A stretch of 61,489 nucleotides of DNA, counting the filler, from Pirum gemmata (Eukaryota), in assembly GCA_002812295.1 (NCBI GenBank). It is 19 parts of 19 records of this genome, joined end to end, with 100 filler letters (N's around TTAATTAATTAA, not from the genome) between each part and the next. Parts side by side here need not be neighbours in the genome. Positions count along the whole stretch, not along the records: positions 48,347 to 51,161 come from PDIN01004518.1; positions 51,262 to 55,697 come from PDIN01004519.1; positions 55,798 to 58,563 come from PDIN01004520.1; positions 58,664 to 61,489 come from PDIN01004521.1; 15 more parts are not named here. The stretch is one strand, 5' to 3'. A program made the position numbers and the translations under genes. Below the pieces are notes generated by a model, which was given only the letters and a program-made list of their open reading frames with translations, did not search any database and was not told the origin of the DNA. Positions 50,370-61,489 of this stretch are shown here, in pieces; position 1 is the first letter of the stretch; every line of letters begins with the position of its first letter.

Positions 50370-51129
50370 TTTTTTTTTTTTACAATACCAAGCATCCGCC
50401 ATACTCGAGAATCGAGAAAAATTCAAAAAATCACAAAATGATCCAATTAAAAAAAATGTGCTACCAAAGTTTGAGACGCTATTTATCTAAAAAAAACTAT
50501 AATATGAACCAATGGCCAATTTTTAAAAATAATTTGGCCAGTTATTATAGCATTAATAAAGAAAAGAAATCTAAAAAAAAAGATTTTTACAGTTTTATCC
50601 GGATTGGCTGTGTTCATATATCATAAAAATTATTTCAAAATAATAATAATAATAATAATAATAATTACAACTACTATAGGAGGGATGAGATGACGTCATC
50701 TTACCAATTGGATGCTCGGACCGGCGAACTTCCAGAAATTTGCCTAAAGTTACTATATAAATAGGTAGTTACTAAATAAATAATTACAAATACTAAATAT
50801 GGTAAGGCGAAACAGGCAAACAACATTTACTTTGTACCTCGGTCAAAAAAGTTCGCCATAAGAGTTCTCACCCCTCCTACTACTATCAGCTGTTTTGTCA
50901 TCATAAAATATGAAATAATTTGTATCAAATTAATACAATACAACTCCATTTAATTTAATTTGGTATATTTTATTATTTATTTATTCTTTTAAAAATGTCA
51001 ATTTTAATATTATAACCAACCAAATAAATATTGTTAATTAAGCACAATATCTCTGTTGTTATAAGAGTATTAATAAATATTAATATATTGTACCCTATTA
51101 TTTTACCACTATGGACTTTAGAATTATTA

Positions 51130-51161
<32 letters not shown>

Positions 51162-51792
51162 NNNNNNNNNNNNNNNNNNNNNNNNNNNNNNNNNNNNNNN
51201 NNNNNTTAATTAATTAANNNNNNNNNNNNNNNNNNNNNNNNNNNNNNNNNNNNNNNNNNNNAAAAAAAAAAAAAAAAAAAGGAGATTGATTCTATCATAC
51301 CACTATAAAAAATATAAGCTCGTAATTTTCAAACCTATTTATTTATTAATAAGCTCGAAAAAATTAATTTCAAACAGACCAAACAGACCAAACAGACCAG
51401 AAATTCTGCCGGCAGAATTCGAGCTTTTCGGGGCAGAAGGCAGAAGCAGAAAATCGAGTTTTAGGGGTAGAATTCGGAGAAGTCTATCAATATTTTCATC
51501 ACGATCAATAATTGTACCAATAGCTGCTAATATTAAAAGGACAGAGCCTAGTGATTGGGTTATCTAGGCATCCTCTCCGGTAATTAAATAAAATTCAGCT
51601 AGGGCTTCAATTAATTAAACGATAGACTCAAAATTAAACTAACATTAGTATTTATTAAAAAATAATTTATTATTATAAAAGTATTTCTTAATAATAATAA
51701 TATATTGTGTATGGCTTAAATTTTTGATTATCAAAAATATTTAATCGTTGCTGTAACCACCACCACCGCCGCCACCACCACCACCACCATTT

Positions 51793-52391
51793 TTAAGCAC
51801 GCCGCCATTCAGTCGTAAATCCATGGATGCTGGCCAGTTCGAGTTCCTCTTCTATATAATCTTCACTAAAATATCCATCAGAATCATCAGAACCAGAATC
51901 ATAATAATCAGAACTAAAATAATCCGAATCATCATCAAAATCGGTGTAATTAATACTATCATCATCATCAAATATCGATAACATATCACCGTTATTCCCA
52001 GACCTTTCTCCGTGGATAGCATATATTTTTAAATCGATTAAAAGTTGCCTATTACCATTCTTGTTTAATAATTCCTCGTGGGCTTTGAAGAACTTTGTAA
52101 CGTGTTTATCATTCCAAAGAAAATCCACATCCCTTTCCTCCGAATCAGAAGAGGAAAAATCGGTATCAATGTTTTCCTCAACTTCCTCACTATCGTTGTC
52201 ACTGTCAGCACCGGAACCACTAGAATTTTGCAAAATGCTGAAAGCATTGCTTGTTGAGATTCTATTTTGAGAAGGACTACACCGCTCCCGACTATTGAAC
52301 ATAGGGGTCCCCTCCCGGCCACGATAGCGATGCCTGTTGTGTATCATGTGCATGCGGCGAACGAATTCAGCATGTCTATCACCAAACAAAG

Positions 52392-52436
<45 letters not shown>

Positions 52437-52446
52437 TATCATCATT

Positions 52447-52477
<31 letters not shown>

Positions 52478-53659
52478 CTAACAATACCAATATCGCCAAC
52501 ATTTTCACCATTTGCATCAGTATTAGTATCGTCAATAGAATCAATATCAAAATTGCAAACAACATTTCCATTATCAACATTATCAACATCAACAATATCA
52601 ACATCAACATTATCAGCATCAACATTTTCAAAATCACTCTCATCCTCACCCTCACCCTCACCAACATTATCACCAAAACCTTCTTCACCTTTATGACCAA
52701 GCGAAGAAGAGGAAGCAAGCATTGTGTCTACATTTTTCTTTATCCTATTAGCAGCCTTATCATCAAAGGAGTCGTCCTGTTTTTCTTTTTGTGCTTCGTC
52801 GCTTATGTCCCGGTAAAGTTTATAAAATTCTTCGAGGAAATTTTCCAGTGAGTTTTTGTCATTTTCAATTTTTGCCTGATTGTCCAAATTATCAAGTAAA
52901 CTATTTTTAAATTGTTGTTCAGTGATCTTATTACGCAAAAAATTATACCGCAATTTGCTACGAACTTGCTGACTATTTCCAGTTAACGTAGGTAGCACTT
53001 CATCAATCAACCTATCATAATCGTCGCACACTAATTCCAATTTTCTTCTTGAACTTGAAGGCAAAAAAAAATGATAAAACATTGAAATTTCTATCCGGCT
53101 AAATTTGGAATTGCCAGTTTTGAATACATCCGATTTCAGGCCACCACCTTCTAAAAATTGATCGTAATGCGGATTGTCATATGATAAATAATCTGTTTCA
53201 CCATAGACATAACTACTATCCCAATTAAAGGGAGTCAGACAACTCGAACAAAACATTTGATCACAACCTTCGATCTTATGTATAGGCACGGAACAAGCTG
53301 GACATGGTTTGACGGAACGTTTCAGTAAACGAACAGAATCAAGGTCAGCTTTATCGCAAACATGATGATTGGAATTATCGTCGTTGCTGATTTCATTGTC
53401 AATTTCGTTTTCGGCATTTTTGCTTTCACTGCTAATTTTGCTATTAGCGACTTGGCCGCCTTTGAGGCATAAATTACAATGTAGGTCCCCACACACAACG
53501 CACGTAAAAGTTTCGTCAAGCATACCATGACAGCCACTTTCATCACAATACACACTAAAAACGTTATCGGTGGGCGATTCTTTTTCTTTTATATCTTTCT
53601 TTAATTGTTTTATTTTCTTTGCTAAAATGTAAGCTTTTTGGTATTCTATCAATTCCTCC
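51793..53659 (-). CDS. Terminal exon of an IBR-RING2 (RBR-type) E3-ligase-like protein with acidic tail
   Basis: cacag|..CDESGCHGML..CVVC..C.LC..HVC..KPCPACSVPIHKIEGCDQMFCSSCLTPFNW..DNPHY; open to the stop at 51793. Confidence 0.8.
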
Positions 53660-54299
53660 CTGTGGTGTTATAAAAACAAAACAAACATATTCATAAATAA
53701 ACTATTTTACCTAACCCTAACCCTAACTCTAACCCTAACCCCTAACCCCTAACCCCTAACCCTAACCCTAGCCCACAACCTATAATATAGTTCGCTCAAA
53801 GTGAAGAGTGAAGAACAATTTTATCAATCAACCAGTGCTCAAAAATATTACGTCCAGCAACGAAAATATTTTAACAAAAGTCAAAACAAAAACAATAATA
53901 ACAATAATAACAATAATAACAATAATAACAATAATAAACAACAATAATAAACAACAATAGTAATAACAATCGTAATAACAATCGTAATAACAATAGTAAT
54001 AACAATAGCAATAACAATAGCAATAACAATAGCAATAACAATAGCAATAACAATAGCAATAACAATAGTAATAACAATAATAACAACAATAACAATAACA
54101 ACAATAATAACAATAATAACAATAACAACAATAATAACAATAATAACAATAATAACAATAATAACAATAATAACAATAATAANAAGAATAAGTGACGTCC
54201 TTTATGAACGTTCGTTCCCCTATATGTGATACCACCAATATAATAATAATTATTATGATAGTCTAGCTAGTGCTTTTAAAAAAATGAAAAGTGCTATAA

Positions 54300-54726
54300 G
54301 GGAGCGTTTTCCGGTCAAATACAGCTTCAAATAGCCCTACCTACCTACCCCTCGATGTTAATTTCCAGTCAAATACCACCTAACTACCTACCCCTTGACG
54401 TAACGTATTATTTGAACGTAAAAAAAATAATAAAAAATAATAATTATACAAATATAGACAAATAATAATAAAAAAGGAAACGTGTGTGTGGCCTCGTGTG
54501 CAGGCCTCGTGTGTGTCTCGAGTCTCGACTCTCGACTAGTAGTAGCCTAGTCTCGAGGGCCTGGGGCGAGTACAAATAATACGTCACGTGATTCACGTCA
54601 AGGGGTAGGTAGGTAGGTGGTATTTGACTGGAAATTAACATCGAGGGGTAGGTAGGTAGGGTAATTTGAAGCTGTATTTGACCGGAAATTGGTGTTGCGT
54701 AAGCATTTGAAATTTGAACGCTCCCT
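54300..54726. mobile_element. Two Harbinger-like subfamily A MITEs in inverted orientation (54300-54419, 54574-54726)
   Basis: Family body and GGGAGCGTT / AACGCTCCC ends. Confidence 0.75.
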
Positions 54727-55185
54727 TGTCACTCCGAATATTTATTTGGAGGGTTTTAATCTTTAAATTGACATTTTTAAATCAATACATAGATAATAAA
54801 ATATACCAAATTAAATGAAATGGATTTATATTATATTAATTTGGTACTATTTATTTATTTATTTCATACTTATAAACGTGGTTATTTTAAAATAATTGAA
54901 ATATAATAATATTATAATATTATGCTTTTCATTTATTTTGTCGCTTAGATTATTTATTTGGTACTTTTAAGTTTATAAAACGTGGTTATTTTAAATTGTT
55001 AAACATGCCAATTTAATTAAATTGTATCAAATAAATTTGATATTGTATCAAATAAATTTGATATAGTATTATCGATAGTTTACGGTTTATACTATGATAT
55101 AGTTTACAAGTCAGACTAGCCATCACAGTTATCATAGCTACTATCGATAAGTATGCTACTAGTAGGGTTATTAGGGTTAGGGTTA

Positions 55186-55302
55186 GGGAGCGTGCCAGTA
55201 ATACGTCACGTCAAGGAGTAGGTATTAATAGGTAGGCAGTATTTGACGGGAAATTAACGTCGAGGGGTAGGTAGGTAGGGGTATCTGAAGCTGTATTTGA
55301 CG
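55186..55302 (-). mobile_element. Truncated Harbinger-like MITE abutting (TTAGGG)3
   Basis: TTAGGGTTAGGGTTA|GGGAGCGTGCCAGTAATACGTCACG. Confidence 0.75.
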
Positions 55303-55868
55303 AATTCATGAATCATGATAATAATATATTATTAATATTGACTCAATAAAGACGAATCCACAACTTGATAAAGGGGTAGAAAATAAAAAAGAACAAATAA
55401 ATAAAAATAAAAAACAAAAAAATACCCAGTTTAATATGGTCAAGTGGGAAAAATTGCAGGAATTGGTCAGGGTTAGGGTTAGGGTTAGGGTTAAAATAAG
55501 AGTATAATATTTATAACTTATATGATAAATTTATACGACTATATTTTTTTTTATTTTATTATCATATCATATCGTGCTTTTCAGTGATTTTGTCGTCATA
55601 AAATAAACAATAAATAGTACCAAATTAATCCATTTCATTTAATTCGGTATATTTTATTATATATTTATTTAGTTAAAAGTATCAATTTAAATATTATNNN
55701 NNNNNNNNNNNNNNNNNNNNNNNNNNNNNNNNNNNNNNNNNTTAATTAATTAANNNNNNNNNNNNNNNNNNNNNNNNNNNNNNNNNNNNNNNNNNNNATA
55801 ACAATAACAATAACAATAATAACAATAATAAAAACAATAAAAATAATAATAAAGTAAATAAATTCAAA

Positions 55869-57032
55869 ATGAAGAGTTTTTTTAGTTTGTGTTTATTATT
55901 AATCCCATTTTTAGTGAAAAGTGCTATTGTTCCAAAAGAGCTAGAATCCCCAGCTGAAATTGAAGAAACAATAACACGAGCAGCAGAAGTTACCAACAAT
56001 GAGTTCGAAGAAACAACAACACAAGCAGCAGAAACTACTGCTGTGGATTGTATTGTTGGTGAGTGGATGGGATGGATGGGACCTTTTTACGAAGGATGCA
56101 AAATCAACGAAAGATACGTCATGCAAGAGCAAACAGAAGGTGGTGCACCGTGTCCAATCAAGAAACAACTTGTGTGCAAGGAAGAATGGAAATCCAATGA
56201 TTGTGAGGTTTCCCAATGGGCAATTTGGAGTGAGTGGGATCAAAGTGAATGTCGCTATAGCATGAGAAATGTGACATTGCCACCTAAAGGGGCAGTAGGA
56301 ATCGGATGCCCAGCCGTATATCGTTCTGAATGTAAAATGCCTTTACCGCCACAAAACCCATTAAACCCAGGAATATGGAAATCAGAATGTAAAGTAAGTG
56401 AATGGGGTCCTTGGGTCGCACTGAAATACGGTAATTGTTCTAAAAGAGAGAGAAAGGTTACAATCAAACCAGACGACATGATCGAATGCCCTACTTTAAA
56501 CCAAGAAAAGTGTTTTGGGTCTGGACCTGTACCCCCCACTCCTCATGATGCCGATGATAAAGATAACATCGATGATGATTCAGTGTCTGTATCAGATTCT
56601 GATGATTCAGGGGTTTTAGGTAAAGTACTACCAGTAATGAAAAATGGTAAACCAGTATATGATTTAGCTTCATACTCTATGTCAACGGATGGATATCCAT
56701 TTGTTGATGCTGATGGTTGTTTAATAGTCTCTAGTTTGGATGATTTTGAAACGAGGGGTGGCGAGGAGACTTGTGCCGCAGAAATGGGGCATGAAGTACA
56801 ATTTCGAATTACCAAAACACAACGGTTTATTGTTGATTATCCTTCTGAATTAAAGTCTGTTTGTGAAACTAAAAAAGAAAAAATGTCCATAAAGCTAACT
56901 GTATGTAGTCGGAGTAAAAAGTGCCCTGACAGTCAAGAAAAAGAAAAGAGTGAATGGTCGGAGTGGGAAGTCATTTTTGATAGTTACGGAAATAAGAAAG
57001 AAAAGAGAGAATTGACATTAACTTGCAAGTAA
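55869..57032 (+). CDS. Secreted protein with three spondin-type thrombospondin-1-like repeats
   Basis: Signal peptide; DCIVGEWMGW, DCEVSQWAIWSEW, ECKVSEWGPW each followed by R-x-R/V strand and C..C; fourth degenerate SEWSEWE. Confidence 0.8.
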   Translation: MKSFFSLCLLLIPFLVKSAIVPKELESPAEIEETITRAAEVTNNEFEETTTQAAETTAVDCIVGEWMGWMGPFYEGCKINERYVMQEQTEGGAPCPIKKQLVCKEEWKSNDCEVSQWAIWSEWDQSECRYSMRNVTLPPKGAVGIGCPAVYRSECKMPLPPQNPLNPGIWKSECKVSEWGPWVALKYGNCSKRERKVTIKPDDMIECPTLNQEKCFGSGPVPPTPHDADDKDNIDDDSVSVSDSDDSGVLGKVLPVMKNGKPVYDLASYSMSTDGYPFVDADGCLIVSSLDDFETRGGEETCAAEMGHEVQFRITKTQRFIVDYPSELKSVCETKKEKMSIKLTVCSRSKKCPDSQEKEKSEWSEWEVIFDSYGNKKEKRELTLTCK

Positions 57033-57710
57033 AACGACGTTTTTATTATTTTATTTTTTTTTTAATTTTCAATTATAATTATTAAATTATTATAAAATCC
57101 AAGACTTAGTATTCACTATTAAACTCATTTGATTTATATTGTAATGTTTTATTAAGTTTTTAATTAATTCATGATCATTTTCATTTATTCAGTTATATCC
57201 ATTTATTCTTTTAATTATACAAACCCTGGGGGTTTTGTCAGAGACATTATGCTGATGTTTGCTAGACTCTGCTATGTCTATAATATATATAATTTTAGGA
57301 TCTTGGGGTCCGTCGGATTCCTTGAATTCGACCCGACTTCTATTATACCGGTAGATAGTCTATATTACATAATTACATTATACTGCGGAGATTTACAAGA
57401 ATCAAAAATAATTTAAATGCCCGTAGACTAGCTAGACTTATTAGACTTGTTGTTCTGTAGTTATTAGCTAGCTAGCTAGCTCTAGGAGAGGCATCGAGTT
57501 GTAATCGTCACTACTTTACATTTTTATTGTATTAATTATAAAACAAATTTTAATCTTAAAAAAACTTTATCTATGTAACGAAATAGTACCAAATCATGCA
57601 GCAAGGATGCTCTATGTTTGTGAACAACACACACACACACACACATAGTTAATAAAGCTAAGAAAAGTGGGAAATCATTCAGAGATAGTTTCTCAAGAGG
57701 TAAAAATTCT

Positions 57711-57754
57711 ATATAGACACTTTTTGCGATAAAAGTGACAAAAAGTGTCTATAT
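57711..57754. mobile_element. Minimal palindromic element TAGACACTTTTT..AAAAAGTGTCTA
   Basis: Same terminus also at ~18906 and ~38642. Confidence 0.55.
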
Positions 57755-58695
57755 ATAATAATTATGCTATCGATATCATATAACTATTAATTGTTATTAA
57801 AATAGCCTACCGTACATTATTATAATAATTATTATCCAATTCCACCATACCTTAAAATTGTGTATAATATAATAATAATACATATGTATATATATTAATA
57901 TATATTAATTAATATTATAATATTATAATTAAAATATCACAAATAATTATAATATTGAGGAAAAGTATTAGTCAATGAACAATGAACTACATTTGCAATG
58001 ACATTGTTATTATTATAATAATTATATTAATTAATTTAATTTTAAATTAAATTATTATTATTAATATTATATAATATTACATGTTATAATATTTTAATTA
58101 TGTACTTGACTACCAAGGCCTTCGAATAGTTTGGTTGCCATTAATAGGTACTAGTTAGTAAGTAGTACTTTAAAAAAATTGGAAAGTGACCCATCACCAG
58201 TACTTTATTGATTTTTTTTCTTGGTTTTTTTAATTAATGAACAATCAACAAAGTACTGCATTAAATTTTACAATATTATTATTTGTTAGATAAATTTTAT
58301 TACATAATTACGTAAAATATATTGTTATACAGTATTATACGTACTTTATTACCAAGGCCTCCAAATATTTTGATTATTATTAGTATTACTACTAGTACTT
58401 TTGGCAAAATGATTAAAGTGACTACTAGAATGGAAAGCATATTGATGTAGTGGTTTATAATTATTTTCCAATTTCACTATATTATCTTGAAATTGTATAA
58501 TATTGATATCACAATTAATATTATTTTGTTCACCATTATTATTATTATTATTATTATTATTATNNNNNNNNNNNNNNNNNNNNNNNNNNNNNNNNNNNNN
58601 NNNNNNNTTAATTAATTAANNNNNNNNNNNNNNNNNNNNNNNNNNNNNNNNNNNNNNNNNNNNTAAAACATTTCATTTTGGTCCCAATGTTCTAG

Positions 58696-58809
58696 GAAAC
58701 ATCTGGTTTAGATCTTACCGGAGAGTACATTGGTCAAACAAAAAAGAAAGTAAAAGAACAATTGTACAGTGCTAAAGGTGGAGTAGTATTTATCGATGAA
58801 GCTTATGAG
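58696..58809 (+). CDS. Exon of CbbX/SpoVK-type AAA+ ATPase (Walker B)
   Basis: ctag|[38 protein letters not shown]|gttagt. Confidence 0.9.
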
Positions 58810-59088
58810 GTTAGTATTTAATATTCTACTACTTAAACCAAAAACGCATATAAATAAATAATAAAATGAATGAAAATAAATTAATAATAAACAATAAATT
58901 AATAGTAATAAAAAAAATAAAATAATAAAAAATAAAAAATAAAAAATTCAGAATAAAGAATATTCTAATAATATGTATAATGAATTATTTAAGGAAATTA
59001 AGAAAAAAAAAACCAATATGTTAGCAATATTAATAATATTATTTCAATAACAATATTATTCATTATTAAATATTATTATCATTATAAG

Positions 59089-59754
59089 CTTGGCCGAGGT
59101 CATTTCAGCGATGAAGCGTTAACAACTTTGGTCGAAGCCATGACTAGCCCTGAGTTTGCTGGAACGGTGATCATACTGGCTGGATACGAACGCGAAATGG
59201 AATCCATGTTAAACATAAACCAAGGACTTAAGTCGAGGGTTTCCAATATCATAAAATTTGAAAATTGGACCGAAGATCAATGTGTTTTGTTTTTAGAAAC
59301 TTCATTTTCAAAGGAAGGATTTGAACTGGAAGAAGGGGTGGGTGAAGTAGTGCACAACACCTGTCACAAATTGATGTCTGGAGATGGATGGGGTAATATA
59401 AGGGATATCAAAACTATAATGAAAAAAATTAAAACAGCACGAGCTCTTAGGTTGGAGAGCAGATTGAATAATGATGATGATGATGTAATTCCTATGAAAA
59501 TTATGCTGTGTGATGCTGTGAATGCATCAAACAGTATACTGGAAAGGAGGAATGAGTGCAAATCACAAACCAAACCAAAATCATCGCAATTACATATGAG
59601 TCTAAGACATCAAGAGGGGCAACAAGAACTAAAACAAGAACAACAAGAACAAAAATATAATCTGCACAGACAAAATCAAGAACAACAGAAACAAAAACAA
59701 CAACAACAGCAGCAGCAACAGAAGCAAGAACACCAAATTGTAGAAATAGAACAA

Positions 59755-59786
<32 letters not shown>

Positions 59787-60411
59787 AAATTTAGAAGTAG
59801 AACAACAACAACAACAACAAATTGTAGAAGTAGAAGTAGAACAACAACAACCAAGAGACCCTGGGGTATCTGATGAAATATGGAATCAAATACAGAAAAG
59901 TATCCAGGAAGAAGAAAGAGAGAAAAAAGAATTCGAAGATTTGCAGAAATCGATTAAAAAAACTGAATATGAAAAAAAACAACAATTGCTAATTCAGTTA
60001 GAGTTGGAGAAAGAAATTGAATTAAAAAAGAGAGAAATAGATGAAATCAAAGCGAAAAAAATAGAAATACAAAGAAGAAAAGATGAAGAACAAAAAAAGA
60101 AAGATTTTATTGAATATGAAAAAAAGCAACTGCGACTTCAAATAGAGTTGAAGAAAAAAATAGAATTGGAAAGGAGAAAACAAGCTGAAATTGAAGCAAG
60201 AAAATTAGAACTAAAAAGAAGAAAAGATGAAGAAGAACGAAAAAAAAATGAAATCAAGCAGAAGGAAAAACTTCAGCAGAAACTTCGTCAGATTGGAAAG
60301 TGTCCAATGGGATATGAATGGTATAAGTGTGGAGAAGGGTGGTGTTGTTCTGCGGGGGGTCATATGGTAAGCAATGCAGAATTACAAACCCATTTTGGAT
60401 TTGACTTGTAA
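59089..60411 (+). CDS. Terminal exon of CbbX-type AAA+ protein with coiled coil and C-terminal Cys motif
   Basis: ag|LGRGHFSDEALTTLVEAM..VIILAGY..NQGLKSR..GWGNIRD..RDPGVSDEIW..KLRQIGKCPMGYEW..CSAGGH; in phase with the previous exon. Confidence 0.9.
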
Positions 60412-61489
60412 TGGTTTTAATACTGCATTCTTTAAATTTATCTATAAAAAATTATTTATAATGCTTTTCTTTTCTTTTTTTCTTAGGCAAATATGTACAT
60501 TTAAATATATATAGTATACAATTTTCAACAAACTGTCATTTTTTATTTTTTATCATAATTTTTATCATAATTAATTAATAATAATAAAGGTCAATAATAT
60601 CACACCATAAGGTAAGATCACACCATAAGGTAAGACTTCAACAAAAAAAAAATTGGAGTAAGTACTAAGTAGTGGATTACGTGATTTCTTCCAAAAAGAA
60701 AATTACGTCATAATAAATTGAAAACTACGTCATAGGATATTTGTGTCTGTTTAGGAAAACTCATTATTATTATTATAAGAGGACAGTTTATAAATTACCC
60801 ATAACAGTTGTAAATAGCGATTTAAACAGCAGTGTGGTATTTGTTATTGTTCTTTTTGTTTCTTTGTTATTATAATTATAATTATAATTATTTATTATTA
60901 TTATTATTATTAATTATTACTTTTTATTACTTTTTAATGAATTATTATTTGTATTTATGTATACATTATTATTTTTCTTATTTTTATTTAGAAAAATTGT
61001 TATTTTTATTTTCATTATTATAGTATAATTTTAGAAAAACATTGTTAGTTTTATTGTTATATATACTAATACGAAAACTCTTTACTATTATTATTATTAA
61101 TGTAATTAGTATCACCATTTTTTTGCCATAGTTTTTGGTTTGCTTTGTCCACATTGTCATGTATGATGATAATTATTAATTGAAAAACATTTATTAAAAA
61201 ATGCTATTTTTTTATTGAATAGTGAGATCTTCAATATTTGTTTGTTCTGTGAAGAATTGGATATAGAATCGACAGTGTGCAATTAGTAATACCATTTTTT
61301 GAGATTGACAGACTGTCGTGTTTGAATATTTATAATAATAATAATAAATCATTGAAGAAAAAACAAAAAGATTTATTAGTAAATTGTTATTTATTTATGT
61401 ATATTATAATATTGGATATTGAACCTGAGATCACGTATACAGTTTGTTTTGTGAATCAACAGTATCTATATACACAATTGATTTTTTCT

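Noticed and set aside
51262..60411. Gene cluster of RBR ligase, TSP1 protein and AAA ATPase as a defence island
   Set aside because: The genes are on separate scaffolds joined only by artificial linkers

Overview
AT-rich eukaryotic DNA, not one locus: about 19 short scaffolds (mostly ~2.8 kb) concatenated with artificial N-TTAATTAATTAA-N linkers, so adjacency across a linker carries no biological meaning. Animal-like eEF2 motifs, an SH2 exon, a syntenin-like tandem PDZ protein, TSP1 repeats and TTAGGG repeats point to a holozoan, probably a unicellular ichthyosporean-like protist (inference). Recognisable genes: spliced eEF2 (partial, with an unusual HRGANQ diphthamide loop), DDX21/50-like helicase exons with an intronless PDZ gene apparently nested in an intron, a giant-virus-like IBR/RING protein exon, a CbbX-type AAA protein, an SH2 first exon, a secreted TSP1 protein, a secreted Cys-rich precursor and two acidic low-complexity proteins. 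The rest is a dense mosaic of MITE families (Harbinger-like with TTA target duplication, hAT-like, AT-rich), tRNA-derived SINE-like elements, satellites, microsatellites and about 20 interstitial TTAGGG/variant arrays. Most short ORFs in the track are microsatellite artefacts. No complete novel multi-gene system can be demonstrated from this window.
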